IMG/VR virus record: IMGVR_UViG_3300042868_012782
Span: 18,771-82,770 of that record
DNA: 64,000 bases
Origin: a virus
Reading direction: 5' to 3' (one strand)
The position numbers were made by a program, and so were the translations under genes. This document shows, one piece after another, positions 8,297-17,834 of the stretch; the stretch's first letter is position 1, and each line of letters starts with the position of its first letter. The notes beneath the pieces are model-generated. The model searched no databases. It worked only from the letters and a program-made list of their open reading frames with translations, and was not told the DNA's origin.

Positions 8297-8545
8297 ATGG
8301 CCAAGACTGAGCACGACGGCAGGATTAAGTTGACGATTGAGCAATTGATTTTAATTCTTCGTAGCTCCGACGAATCGAAAAGTTTGGAGCAGCACTTAGA
8401 AGATATTCAAAAGGCCGACCTAACGTCCAGCTCAATCATAGAAAATCTCGGTGGATATCGGCAAATGTCAAAATTGATGCCTCTTATTCAAAAAAAGATT
8501 GAGGGTGGGGAGTCGCCTTATGCTGGAGACGCACTCAATGACTGA
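8297..8545 (+). CDS. hypothetical protein
   Basis: AGGA RBS. Confidence 0.6.
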   Translation: MAKTEHDGRIKLTIEQLILILRSSDESKSLEQHLEDIQKADLTSSSIIENLGGYRQMSKLMPLIQKKIEGGESPYAGDALND

Positions 8546-8855
8546 GATAGTATGGATTATTTTGACTGTAGTCTTGACTAGCGTCTTAGTTTTGTTTTTT
8601 ACCAGGCCCGTAAAACATGTTAAAAATAATTGTATTCGTGATATTTGGCTGGTTTGTGAGTCAGACGGAATAAAAGTCAAAGTCGTATTGGACGGATTTG
8701 ATGAGTGGATAACGGTAATATCGGAAAACAAATGCTACGACATAGACGGCTCACCGTCTTTGATTTCTCACACGATTAATATTCGCAACCTGCCTACGGG
8801 CGGGTTAGTGTATTTTGATGGGGCGATTCCGTCGACAGAAGTTAAGGAGCGATGA
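8538..8855 (+). CDS. membrane-anchored hypothetical protein
   Basis: N-terminal TM helix. Confidence 0.6.
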   Translation: MTEIVWIILTVVLTSVLVLFFTRPVKHVKNNCIRDIWLVCESDGIKVKVVLDGFDEWITVISENKCYDIDGSPSLISHTINIRNLPTGGLVYFDGAIPSTEVKER

Positions 8856-8856
8856 C

Positions 8857-9387
8857 ATGTATCCCATGAGACAAGACCACAACTCAATCAAGGGACTTAT
8901 TGAGTTGTGTCGTTCACTGATGGCTAAGAAAGAGATCCAAGATTTTGTTGAGGTGGGATCTTTTTGTGGGGAGTCGGCACTGCTGTTCCATGAACATCTC
9001 CCAGAGGCTAACATCTTTTGCATCGATCCCTGGGAGTCAGGTTATGACGGCAATGACGTTGCGAGTTCGCACGACATGAAAGCGGTAGAAGCCGCTTTCG
9101 ATGAACGCACGTCGAATTGTGGTCGCGTCTTGAAAATGAAGGGGCAGTCTGAAGATTATGCCGATAGCTTCGACTTGGCGTCAGTTGACGCCGTCTATTT
9201 AGACGGATGCCATACATACGAAGCGATTAAGAAAGATCTGCAGTTTTGGCTACCTCGCTGTAAGCTTGCAATTTGTGGCCACGACTATACGTCAAATTGG
9301 CCAGGTGTCGTAGAAGCGGTTGATGAATTAATTGGCACCCCAGATCTTTTGTTTTGTGACGGATCATGGATTAAGTGGTTGAACTGA
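8857..9387 (+). CDS. class I SAM-dependent methyltransferase (Methyltransf_24-like)
   Basis: VEVGSFCGES, CIDPW, VYLDGCHTYE, ICGHDY. Confidence 0.85.
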   Translation: MYPMRQDHNSIKGLIELCRSLMAKKEIQDFVEVGSFCGESALLFHEHLPEANIFCIDPWESGYDGNDVASSHDMKAVEAAFDERTSNCGRVLKMKGQSEDYADSFDLASVDAVYLDGCHTYEAIKKDLQFWLPRCKLAICGHDYTSNWPGVVEAVDELIGTPDLLFCDGSWIKWLN

Positions 9388-9397
9388 GGATACATTT

Positions 9398-9622
9398 GTG
9401 GTCGCTCGTTGCAGATCGTGCTCAAAATATGTTGCTTACCCAGACGATCCAGGATCTTCTGCTGGACTCAAGCTTTATGCGGAAATTTTTCCTCAGAAGT
9501 GTCGATGCGGCAATGTGTATGTTGACCAAGACGAGCAAAAAATTGCCTACGACGACTCATCGTCGGTATTAATTTGGAACACGGTGGATCAAGACTGGAT
9601 GTCTATAGGGGCTGGATCGTGA
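9398..9622 (+). CDS. small Zn-binding hypothetical protein
   Basis: CRSC...CRCG. Confidence 0.55.
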   Translation: MVARCRSCSKYVAYPDDPGSSAGLKLYAEIFPQKCRCGNVYVDQDEQKIAYDDSSSVLIWNTVDQDWMSIGAGS

Positions 9623-10074
9623 GCCGCAAGCTTCAGGAATACGAGGCTGCTGCCGAGGCTGGTACTCGTCCCACTGGACTAAGGCTATTGTCTTATAAAA
9701 TTTTGCATAACAAAAACGGTTTTTCTGCTAGTGTTAATATCGGTAATCACGAAACGCAAGAAGATGCAGAGCAGTTTATCCAAACGCTTTCTTGCCTAAT
9801 GCATAATCAGTCCGAAAGAACGACTGACTACGCAATGTGGTCGTTCAGTGCAGTTAGAGATAATCAATTTCAGTCTGCGTTTTCTGTGGGACCCACTTCT
9901 TATTTTGAACGATACGGGGAATTGGGTGGTGATCCAAATCCGCACTTTCAGCTTCCTTCATCCCTTGGTTTTGAGCACGTTGGCGAAAACGTGTTCTCGT
10001 TTTCTGGTCAAGAAACGGACGGGAGACAACTCCTACTCAGGCTTGGATTAAGCGAAGTGTTCTTGGACGATTAG
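9619..10074 (+). CDS. hypothetical protein
   Basis: GTGA coupling. Confidence 0.6.
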   Translation: MSRKLQEYEAAAEAGTRPTGLRLLSYKILHNKNGFSASVNIGNHETQEDAEQFIQTLSCLMHNQSERTTDYAMWSFSAVRDNQFQSAFSVGPTSYFERYGELGGDPNPHFQLPSSLGFEHVGENVFSFSGQETDGRQLLLRLGLSEVFLDD

Positions 10075-10116
10075 TCGTCGAATAAAATGTCTTGAGCAAA
10101 AATACAATAAGAAGAC

Positions 10117-10146
10117 TTGCATTTGTAAGCGGCCCCACGATATAGT
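10117..10146 (+). promoter_or_regulatory. possible sigma70-type promoter
   Basis: TTGCAT-N18-TATAGT in an intergenic gap. Confidence 0.35.
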
Positions 10147-10202
10147 TTTCCCAGACGTGGACACTATGTCTAACGTGGAACAAAACATGGTGGGGGCACC
10201 TA

Positions 10203-10721
10203 ATGAAAAGCAATAGCTTGAGTAAGGGTTTACAAGAGGGCAAGCCAAGCGCTGATGATCCTAGGAAGACTCCAGCGAAACCAGACGAGCGCAAGCGCGG
10301 AAGTAAGCGCAATCCTAAAGACTCGGCTAGTAAGCCGAATAACTCAATCGAAGTGTCAGAAGACACAGAAAAGAAAATTCGCGCGTTGATGCAAAAGCAC
10401 AATGCTAGTGACTCGGAGTTTAAGGCTAGTATGGCCATGCTAAAGTCTGTTTTTCGTCGTGGCGCAGGAGCCTTTAGCTCTTCTCACGCACCTGGAATGG
10501 ATAGGACTAGGTGGGGACTAAAGCGGGTCGAGGCATTCTTGAGTTTGCTGCGGCGCGGCAGACCTGCAAATCCTAACTATAAGCAGGATAACGACTTGCT
10601 TCCTTCAGGTCATCCTAGATCTAGCAAGGAAAGTTCTCGGGGTTCCACTAGGCTTGATCGTTTTATATCTGAGCTTAAGACTTTTCTGAGTCTTGCAGAG
10701 AAGCGTTACGAGGACGAGTGA
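10203..10721 (+). CDS. basic viral protein with DUF5824-like domain
   Basis: LKSVFRRGAGAFSSSHAPG..R.RWGLKRVEAFL. Confidence 0.6.
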   Translation: MKSNSLSKGLQEGKPSADDPRKTPAKPDERKRGSKRNPKDSASKPNNSIEVSEDTEKKIRALMQKHNASDSEFKASMAMLKSVFRRGAGAFSSSHAPGMDRTRWGLKRVEAFLSLLRRGRPANPNYKQDNDLLPSGHPRSSKESSRGSTRLDRFISELKTFLSLAEKRYEDE

Positions 10722-11143
10722 TGCAACTTTCACTTGAGTCCGACGGAGAATTTCGTTTTCTTGACGACTCAGGTCAGGTCGTTATTCCGCACGGAAAGAC
10801 GCCGGACGACTTGCAAGAAATGTTGATGGATCTACTTTTTGTATTGTCAACTTCCGAAGCGATAAGTGGAGAGCCTCGCGGTTCATGCTGGAAAGCAACG
10901 CGAGAAACTCACCTTGAGTCTAATCCTCGATGCGCAGGCTGCTCAACTAAACGCAGCCTTTCTGTCCATCACAAAGTTCCATTTCATTTGGATCCGTCCA
11001 AGGAATGTGATCTTGTAAATCTGATAACCTTGTGCCCGGTATGCCATCTTATGCTGGGGCACCTCAAGAACTGGTCAAGTCACAACGTCGACGTCGAAGG
11101 TGACGCCGCCTGGTTTCTAGGTAAGGTAAGGGGAAGGCCATGA
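10718..11143 (+). CDS. HNH endonuclease
   Basis: CAGC...VHHKVP...NLITLCPVCH...H. Confidence 0.85.
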   Translation: MMQLSLESDGEFRFLDDSGQVVIPHGKTPDDLQEMLMDLLFVLSTSEAISGEPRGSCWKATRETHLESNPRCAGCSTKRSLSVHHKVPFHLDPSKECDLVNLITLCPVCHLMLGHLKNWSSHNVDVEGDAAWFLGKVRGRP

Positions 11144-11520
11144 AGAACGCTTTTTGGTTGCTCGCATTGGGTTGGGCTGCTCTGATATGGGGCGCGGTAA
11201 TTCACCGTCGTGCAGAATCAGAGTATAAGCTTGTTCAAGACTGCTTGATGCTTGAGCGAGGAAGATCGTCATTGCTCCAAGACGAACTAGCTGAACTTGC
11301 GCGCAAGCCGACTTATGAGCAAGGCTATAGGGACGCAATTATACGGGCAGGAACACCTGACTCGCCAGGATCATATAAGGATGGATATTACGCAGGATTT
11401 CTTGCTGCTGGAGATGGGGGGTATTCGGATGGATATCACGCTGCCATCGAGCAGTTTGGACACAAGGAACATCCGCGAGCTAAGCTTCCCGTTGTCGCTA
11501 AGATGGGGGGTGAAAAGTGA
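11140..11520 (+). CDS. membrane-anchored protein with GY repeats
   Basis: N-terminal TM; YEQGY/YKDGY/YSDGY. Confidence 0.6.
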   Translation: MKNAFWLLALGWAALIWGAVIHRRAESEYKLVQDCLMLERGRSSLLQDELAELARKPTYEQGYRDAIIRAGTPDSPGSYKDGYYAGFLAAGDGGYSDGYHAAIEQFGHKEHPRAKLPVVAKMGGEK

Positions 11521-12044
11521 GTATATTGGCTGTAAAACCCATACGCGAAGTCAGCGATGAGGAGTATGCTCAGGCTCTCCGTCAGTATACTCCTTGTCTA
11601 GTAAAAACGGCGTTTCGTTGGCATAGGTCTTTTGGAATCGATGAGGCCAGACATCTGGGAGCAATTGCGCTTTGGAGAGCAATGCAGTCCTACGACAGTG
11701 AAAGAGAGAGCAGAAAGGGTGACAGGGCGAATTTTCTTACTCACCTGATGAATTACCTTCATTGGACATACTTAGAAGCCAATAAGGTTGAGCAGAGAGC
11801 GTTGTCGACTATGGATGTTAATCCTTCCTGTGTTACCGTTCTGCCTGAAGAAATCGACGATCGATTTGATGCAATAAAAAACCACCTCAATGAGCGCCAA
11901 AGAAAGGTAGTCGACTTGATTAGGGAAGGTAGGGATGTGACGTCGATCATGGTTGAGACCTCGCTGTCTAGGCAGCGTGTTCACCAGATATTTTCCGAGA
12001 TACGACTCGTGCATATGAATCTGTCAAAGATTGGTCGTTTCTAA
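11517..12044 (+). CDS. sigma-70-family (ECF-size) sigma factor
   Basis: Region 2 IALWRAMQSYD...FLTHL; region 4 LNERQRKVV...SRQRVHQI. Confidence 0.8.
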   Translation: MSILAVKPIREVSDEEYAQALRQYTPCLVKTAFRWHRSFGIDEARHLGAIALWRAMQSYDSERESRKGDRANFLTHLMNYLHWTYLEANKVEQRALSTMDVNPSCVTVLPEEIDDRFDAIKNHLNERQRKVVDLIREGRDVTSIMVETSLSRQRVHQIFSEIRLVHMNLSKIGRF

Positions 12045-12078
12045 CAATAAATGTTTTGTTGTCGTTAAATATTTAACA

Positions 12079-12103
12079 GGGCGCCTCCGTTAAGGGGGCG
12101 CTT
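12079..12103 (+). terminator. GC-rich hairpin after the sigma gene
   Basis: GCGCCTCC-gttaa-GGGGGCGC; weak U tail. Confidence 0.45.
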
Positions 12104-12109
12104 ATGCTA

Positions 12110-12137
12110 TTGTGAAAATTGATTGCGTCATTATAAT
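12110..12137 (+). promoter_or_regulatory. possible sigma70-type promoter
   Basis: TTGTGA-N16-TATAAT before the DUF932 gene. Confidence 0.4.
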
Positions 12138-12177
12138 TGACAGTGGTTCTAATAGAATTCTTCGCGGGAGTTTCCGC

Positions 12178-13299
12178 ATGAGTCGTGAGACTAATGGATT
12201 TAAGAATGTCAGCCGTCAATGGTTAGACAAGTGCATGACTTACGAACAGGGAATGCAGGCTTTGAGTTTAAAATCTGACAGCGAAGACCTTGAAGCTTCC
12301 ATTGATCGCTTCAGTCCTAAATTGTTGAATGGCAAAATGGCTTTGGTAGATTGCGAAAGTGGGCGCTCCTATATTCCCACCAGTCATTGCATGACTCAGC
12401 TTTCAAGGTGGGCGGGTGTTGGAACATTTTTGCCAGCTAAGCTGGCCGCTTCCAATGACGAACAAGACGCTGAAACACTCGTTAGAATTATGACGAACGG
12501 CCTTCGCCATGTTGATCGCAGCAAATCCATGCTTTGGCGAACTAAGCGAGACGGCACGATGCGTGCTGTTCTAAGCGATCGCTACATGACGGTCAATAAT
12601 CTGTGGGTTCTTCAATCAATCAGCAAGATTATTCCTGGGGGACTGCTTTCTCACTGGCGCGGAGATGAAGATGCAATTTACGCCAACGTATTAATTCCCG
12701 ACAAGATTCGATCTGAAAAAGATTCCGACTACGGTGGCATGTTGTCTATTGGCAACAGCGAAATAGGCACCAGGCATCTTTCTAGCTTGCCCAGTGTTTT
12801 TAGATCCATATGCATGAATGGCTGCATATGGGATCGGACGTCTGGAATTGCTATGCGACTTCGACACAATGGACAGTTAGATTACGAGGTAATTTTTGAG
12901 TCAATGAAGGAACACATCAATTCACAAATTCCCATACTAGATGCTGGAGTTAATCAACTTCTATCAACTCGCAATATGGTGTGGGAGCATGGGGACATTT
13001 TGCCGTTGTTTGCTCAAATTTCTCAAGACTTTAAGGTGGCCCGACACCCCATGGCCATAGTAATTGATGCTTACGCCGAAGAGGTTGCGACCTCAGAAGA
13101 TTCTACCAATACCTTGTTCGGAGTCATTAACGCTGTGACAAGGGCTGGCCAGTCATTAGGAAACGAGATCTGGCATTCGTTTGATGTTCTTGGCGGTAGA
13201 CTTTCAAACTATGGGGTTTCGGAATGGGAATCATTAACTCAGCGCGCTCGATTTCTTTCGTCTTCGTCTATTGAGAAAGCCTTAGGCATAAGCCTATAA
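12178..13299 (+). CDS. DUF932-family protein
   Basis: RAVLSDRY..VNN, ISIGNSEIG-like motif, FRSICMNG, HNG, TLFGVINAVTR. Confidence 0.8.
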   Translation: MSRETNGFKNVSRQWLDKCMTYEQGMQALSLKSDSEDLEASIDRFSPKLLNGKMALVDCESGRSYIPTSHCMTQLSRWAGVGTFLPAKLAASNDEQDAETLVRIMTNGLRHVDRSKSMLWRTKRDGTMRAVLSDRYMTVNNLWVLQSISKIIPGGLLSHWRGDEDAIYANVLIPDKIRSEKDSDYGGMLSIGNSEIGTRHLSSLPSVFRSICMNGCIWDRTSGIAMRLRHNGQLDYEVIFESMKEHINSQIPILDAGVNQLLSTRNMVWEHGDILPLFAQISQDFKVARHPMAIVIDAYAEEVATSEDSTNTLFGVINAVTRAGQSLGNEIWHSFDVLGGRLSNYGVSEWESLTQRARFLSSSSIEKALGISL

Positions 13300-13321
13300 T
13301 GTTTATGATTTGGAGAACAGA

Positions 13322-13597
13322 ATGTCGAAAAATAATTATCATATCGCTCCCGACGAGTTCATACTTGCTTGGGAAACTTCTGTCACGGTTGACGAAGTTG
13401 TCGAGAAGCTGGGTCGACTTACTGCAAGTAGGGGACATCTACCGATTCCTAAGGGTATTGTTTTGTCTAGAGCTTCTGCTTACCGCAATTCAGGGGTTAG
13501 GCTAAGAAAAATGCGCCGCAAGCATGGTCGCCCAATCGACGTAGATTCTCTAAATATGCTGATCGTCAAAATCAATAGTGAGACACAAGCTCGTTAA
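13322..13597 (+). CDS. basic hypothetical protein
   Basis: GGAG RBS. Confidence 0.65.
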   Translation: MSKNNYHIAPDEFILAWETSVTVDEVVEKLGRLTASRGHLPIPKGIVLSRASAYRNSGVRLRKMRRKHGRPIDVDSLNMLIVKINSETQAR

Positions 13598-13625
13598 CAA
13601 GCAGCAGGCAAGATCGTCATAAATC

Positions 13626-13632
13626 CGGTGTA
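13626..13632 (+). promoter_or_regulatory. CGGTGTA candidate phage promoter element
   Basis: Intergenic copy ~40 nt before ATG 13670. Confidence 0.45.
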
Positions 13633-13669
13633 TGCCTTATTGACCCGCATGCCTGACGAGGAACTTAAT

Positions 13670-13936
13670 ATGCCAGATCTTTATGGTAATCCCGTTGTTT
13701 CGGGGCAGATGATTCCGCATGGAAACGAAGCCTTGACCCAAAATACTCAGGTTATTACGGAGCAATTTTGGTCTGAGGCAAAATACGTCAAGAAGAAAGT
13801 TGCGTTTGGATCATTGTACAGCACATTACCCGTGGTGACCGAGTCAGTTGTCATGGGGCAGACCTCAATGCCCAACACCAATCAGCCTGCTGTCGCATCT
13901 CGCGGCTTCACTTGCTTGGGCGATTCAATCGTATAA
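13670..13936 (+). CDS. hypothetical protein
   Basis: GAGG RBS before ATG 13670. Confidence 0.6.
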   Translation: MPDLYGNPVVSGQMIPHGNEALTQNTQVITEQFWSEAKYVKKKVAFGSLYSTLPVVTESVVMGQTSMPNTNQPAVASRGFTCLGDSIV

Positions 13937-13956
13937 CCCCTAGTAGAGGCACCCAC

Positions 13957-14310
13957 ATGGATTTTTCGCTTTTGATTAAGAGACTTTTTGAAGCGCGTCA
14001 AGCAGCCCATCAGGCTCACCTGAAAACTACTTCGTATGCTGCTCACAAGGCACTAAATGAATTTTACGATGGCATACTTGGAATTGCGGATGAGCTAGCC
14101 GAAGTAGTCCAAGGCGAATTTGGCCTGATGGATCTCACCATCGGAGCTGTTGCAACTCCAGACGACTTCGTCTTTTACCTTAAAGAAATGGCTACAGTTC
14201 TTAAGGCTTCTGCACAACTTATTCCTGGCATTCAGAGCTATCACTTAAATATTATTGACGAAGCTCTTGCACTAACATACAAAACCAACTACCTTCTGTC
14301 TCTCTCGTGA
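13957..14310 (+). CDS. ferritin/Dps-like four-helix protein (DUF5856-like)
   Basis: HQAHLKTTSYAAHKALNEFYD...D.LAE..QG...NIIDE. Confidence 0.75.
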   Translation: MDFSLLIKRLFEARQAAHQAHLKTTSYAAHKALNEFYDGILGIADELAEVVQGEFGLMDLTIGAVATPDDFVFYLKEMATVLKASAQLIPGIQSYHLNIIDEALALTYKTNYLLSLS

Positions 14311-14504
14311 AATACGTAGAGGGTCAGGACTATACTGTCGAAGGATCGTCTTGGATCTGGACGCGCAATTTTCTTTTCCGGCGTGGTTTTTGTTGCCATG
14401 CCGGATGCCGTAACTGCCCCTGGGCGGCAAATGCATGTGGTGAGGAAGATCGAAATGATTCGTTATGTCAAAGCAGCCAGAAGGCCGTCGATCCGATTCA
14501 ATAA
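14307..14504 (+). CDS. DUF5522-like Cys-rich small protein
   Basis: RGFCCHAGCRNCPW. Confidence 0.65.
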   Translation: MKYVEGQDYTVEGSSWIWTRNFLFRRGFCCHAGCRNCPWAANACGEEDRNDSLCQSSQKAVDPIQ

Positions 14505-14685
14505 TCCAACAGAAAGCATAATTTACAGTCTTACTCCTGATACTGCTTCTACGGTTCAAGAAATCGTAGACTTGGTCCATGCGAAAATGGAAATACATCC
14601 AGAAGATGGGGCATCTAAAGGGGTTCACGAGCTGCATCTGGCTACTCAGAATCTGATTGCTGCTGGATGGTTGAGGCCTGCCTAA
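14455..14685 (+). CDS. hypothetical protein
   Basis: GAGG RBS. Confidence 0.55.
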   Translation: MIRYVKAARRPSIRFNNPTESIIYSLTPDTASTVQEIVDLVHAKMEIHPEDGASKGVHELHLATQNLIAAGWLRPA

Positions 14686-14698
14686 TGAGGTGACGCAA

Positions 14699-14705
14699 CG
14701 GTGTA
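14699..14705 (+). promoter_or_regulatory. CGGTGTA candidate phage promoter element
   Basis: Intergenic copy ~43 nt before ATG 14748. Confidence 0.45.
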
Positions 14706-14747
14706 TTTTGTGGTAGCAACTCCCACGATGTTTTTTAGGAGACTACC

Positions 14748-15089
14748 ATGGAGAATTTCGTTGCTGTCGCTGAACGCCTAGGAGTTTCTGCTGCCGTTCT
14801 TGTGGCTCTCCTATGGGCAACGTATAAATTCGCTGTCTGGTGTGCTGCTAAATTCAACTGGTTTTCGGAAAATGTTGTGGTCCCAGTAACCGCAAGACAC
14901 ATTCGTTTCATGGATGAAATCATCTCTGCGCACGACAAGGTCGGAGCTGCCGTAGAAAAAATACAAGAATCACAGGAAGTTCTTGTTGGGCATATGATTA
15001 ACCTTCAGGGGGCAATACGCACAAACAGCAGACGCGTGGGCATTCTTGAAAGAGAAGCCGGGGTCGAGGAGAACGACGTCCGTAGCTGA
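14748..15089 (+). CDS. membrane protein, holin-like
   Basis: N-terminal TM followed by coiled coil; AGGAG RBS. Confidence 0.5.
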   Translation: MENFVAVAERLGVSAAVLVALLWATYKFAVWCAAKFNWFSENVVVPVTARHIRFMDEIISAHDKVGAAVEKIQESQEVLVGHMINLQGAIRTNSRRVGILEREAGVEENDVRS

Positions 15090-15100
15090 GGGGGTGATCT

Positions 15101-15271
15101 GTGTACGAGATTCACGGTATCCCGCCAGAAAAAAAGAAGTCTGTTCTGCTGATGACCTACCCATCCGCTGGGATGGGTTGGCAATTGGCCCAAAAGAAAT
15201 CCGCTCGCCTTGAGGAACAAGGATATCTTGAGTTGAAGGTTATAGAGTCTAAGAACAAATCTGCTAATTGA
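15101..15271 (+). CDS. small hypothetical protein (56 aa)
   Basis: Manual translation MYEIHGIPPEKKK...; GAGGGGG RBS. Confidence 0.55.
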   Translation: MYEIHGIPPEKKKSVLLMTYPSAGMGWQLAQKKSARLEEQGYLELKVIESKNKSAN

Positions 15272-15334
15272 TTCTGAATAGTCCATCCACTAACCTAACA
15301 GTCAGTATTCCAGCCAGGTTGTAGTGGGTGTCCC

Positions 15335-16048
15335 ATGCTTCCAATGGTGAGTTGTCTTTGTTCGACATACGGAAGAGTGCGCGCACTAGAAGAGGCCGTT
15401 CACTCTTTTCTGATGCAGGATTACGAAGGCCCTAAGGAATTGTTGATTCTTAACGATTTGGCTGATCAAGAACTTATATTTGATCATCCCGACGTTAGGA
15501 TCGTCAACAGCAAAAACCGCATCGTTCCATTAGGAGCAAAGTTTAATGAGGCTGCGCGGTTAGCCAAAGGCCGGATCTTCATGGTTTGGGAAGACGACGA
15601 TATCTACCTACCTCACCGCATCTCCTACAGCGTGCAACATCTTAAGAATGGCTTATTTCACACGGGTCAGGGCTACTACGAACAATCCTATCGCAAGATT
15701 GTTCGATCGAATAACTTATTTCATGCCAACCTTGCTATTAGTAATGATGTGTTTTGGTCTGTAGGTGGGTATGACCACTCTGACTGGTCAGGTATCGACA
15801 CCACCCTATTCAATGCTCTTCGCAATAAGTATGGGGAGTTTTCCTGCGAAATACCCAGCAAAGATGTTTTTTACATCTATCGGTGGGCCGCCATTAGCGA
15901 TTATCATGCTAGCTACTGGAGTCAGTCTAATGCTAGTACTATGGCTGCAGATTATGTTGGTGGGCGGATCTTGAGGGGGGAAATACCAACAGGGGTTGTG
16001 CAATTGCGTCCGCACTGGTCGTACGACTACATGGAGCTGCTACCGTGA
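15335..16048 (+). CDS. glycosyltransferase, GT-A fold (GT2)
   Basis: VSCLCSTYGR...ELLILND...LGAKFN...WEDDDIYLP. Confidence 0.9.
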   Translation: MLPMVSCLCSTYGRVRALEEAVHSFLMQDYEGPKELLILNDLADQELIFDHPDVRIVNSKNRIVPLGAKFNEAARLAKGRIFMVWEDDDIYLPHRISYSVQHLKNGLFHTGQGYYEQSYRKIVRSNNLFHANLAISNDVFWSVGGYDHSDWSGIDTTLFNALRNKYGEFSCEIPSKDVFYIYRWAAISDYHASYWSQSNASTMAADYVGGRILRGEIPTGVVQLRPHWSYDYMELLP

Positions 16049-17121
16049 TCAATTTGACAGCCCCAGTTAACTCCCTGGGTTACGGTGTCGTTGGTGTGGG
16101 TCTTGCTAAGGCCCTGCGCTCATTGGGCGCTGCTCCTGCCTTGTTTCCGATCGGTCCTGTCGATTGTTCTTCGGACGATCGCTCAATCTTGCAGGAGCTT
16201 GTGTCTGCCTCGCTGCGGTATGATCCGAAAGCTCCATCTCTACGCTTGTGGCACGCCTGGGAAATGGCTCAGCATCCGACTCGAGGCATTAGATCTGGCG
16301 CAACATTCTTTGAGTTAGATAGGCTTCGCCCTGATGAAGTTCATCAGATGAATCAGCTAGATCTAATTTTTTCTTTTGGTGTTTGGTCAGCTGGAGTTAT
16401 GCGCAATTCTGGTGTGACTACGCCCATGTGCGAAATTCATTGTGGAGTTGACACAAGCATTTTCTTGCCCACCCCATTGCCTAAAGATGGCCCCACTGTG
16501 TTCGTTAACGCTGGCAAGTGGGAGATACGCAAGGGCCACGACATCCTGCTGTTGGCGTTCACCAAGGCGTTTCGTTCCGACGATGATGTTCGCCTAATTA
16601 TGCTGTGCGACAATCCGTTTCTTTCGCCATCGGAATCTGCCGAATGGGTTCGATATTATAAGGATCACCCCCTCGGCGACAAGGTGGTGGTGGTTCCGAG
16701 GCAGCCAACCCATCGAGATGTTGCTAGTATTTTTGCTCAAGCCCATTGTGGCGTTTTTCCGTCGCGTGGCGAGGGCTGGAACATGGAGGCAATGGAGCTA
16801 ATGGCAATGGGGCGACACGTCATTGCGACAGATGCTTCTGCGCACGCAGATTACATGGGATCTGAAAATGCTATGTTGGTTCCTGTGGGATTACCTGAGT
16901 ATGCATTCGATGGAAAATGGTTCTCTGGGCAGGGAATGTGGGCGTCCATTCCAGACTCTTCTGTTGCCGAGTTTGCTAGCAACATGAGGCATGTTCACGA
17001 GCGACAAAAAAAAGGACTTCTTATGCCGAATATTGCGGGGACAGAGACTTGTCGCATTCTAAGTTGGGAATCGGCAGCACTGAAGATTATTAAAGAATTG
17101 GGGGTGGTTTGTGCTGTGTGA
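16045..17121 (+). CDS. glycosyltransferase, GT-B fold (GT4)
   Basis: GVDTSIF, GKWEIRKGHD, FPSRGEGWNMEAMELMAMG. Confidence 0.9.
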   Translation: MINLTAPVNSLGYGVVGVGLAKALRSLGAAPALFPIGPVDCSSDDRSILQELVSASLRYDPKAPSLRLWHAWEMAQHPTRGIRSGATFFELDRLRPDEVHQMNQLDLIFSFGVWSAGVMRNSGVTTPMCEIHCGVDTSIFLPTPLPKDGPTVFVNAGKWEIRKGHDILLLAFTKAFRSDDDVRLIMLCDNPFLSPSESAEWVRYYKDHPLGDKVVVVPRQPTHRDVASIFAQAHCGVFPSRGEGWNMEAMELMAMGRHVIATDASAHADYMGSENAMLVPVGLPEYAFDGKWFSGQGMWASIPDSSVAEFASNMRHVHERQKKGLLMPNIAGTETCRILSWESAALKIIKELGVVCAV

Positions 17122-17518
17122 TTTAAAGGTTGGCGTGTCTCTCGCATGCATACCGTTCAGCCTCTCTCATGTGAGCGAAATCAAGTTCCTGGTGAAAACT
17201 ACACCCACAGAGATGCCGACGATAAGTATTTTGCCGGGAGAAGATGTGATCGTGGCGGCATCTAATTTGCTGCATCGTCTAGTGGGTGTTAAGGCCCGAA
17301 TCGAAGATAGGGGTTGGGTCGATCTTAAATTGTCTTCCTGCCTAACGATTTCTTCTGATCCTTGGTCGGTTGTTTTGGTTTATGGCGGAATGGTTCCGGA
17401 CGAACTTCCAGTAGTAGAGGAGGGATACGCATGGATGAGTTGGGAAAGCCTAAAAAAACCAGGGGTCGTCGATCCGCGACTAGCCCAGGCAATGGTCTTT
17501 GCAGCACAGCGAATGTGA
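17111..17518 (+). CDS. hypothetical protein, possibly degenerate NUDIX fold
   Basis: PGEDVIVAA..LL..LVG resembles an eroded Nudix box. Confidence 0.45.
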   Translation: MLCDLKVGVSLACIPFSLSHVSEIKFLVKTTPTEMPTISILPGEDVIVAASNLLHRLVGVKARIEDRGWVDLKLSSCLTISSDPWSVVLVYGGMVPDELPVVEEGYAWMSWESLKKPGVVDPRLAQAMVFAAQRM

Positions 17519-17832
17519 TTGGTATTTCGCTTCAAATTCAAGGTGAAGAATTTGAGATCAAATTCGACATGCCAGATTCAGTATCGGACAAACAAAAAAT
17601 TGAAAATGCTGAGAAGATGGGGCACTTCATCGGCATATTACAACAAGGTAAGCTAGCATCTCTCTTAACTTATTCCGCAGCGAAGTGGGGGATTGTTGGC
17701 AGACGAGACGATGAGGCTCAGATAATGATCGGAGCTATGCACGTCAGTATGAATCTGAACATGATTGACGGCAAGATTGTCGACCCACCTCTTGTGTCTC
17801 CTATGGACGCATTCGTGATGAGGAAAGAGTAG
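17515..17832 (+). CDS. hypothetical protein
   Basis: GTGA coupling. Confidence 0.55.
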   Translation: MIGISLQIQGEEFEIKFDMPDSVSDKQKIENAEKMGHFIGILQQGKLASLLTYSAAKWGIVGRRDDEAQIMIGAMHVSMNLNMIDGKIVDPPLVSPMDAFVMRKE

Positions 17833-17834
17833 TC

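Noticed and set aside
15149-15200. CTGATGA followed by a hairpin, like a hammerhead core
   Set aside because: GAAA does not follow stem II, and the region is a plausible 56-aa CDS
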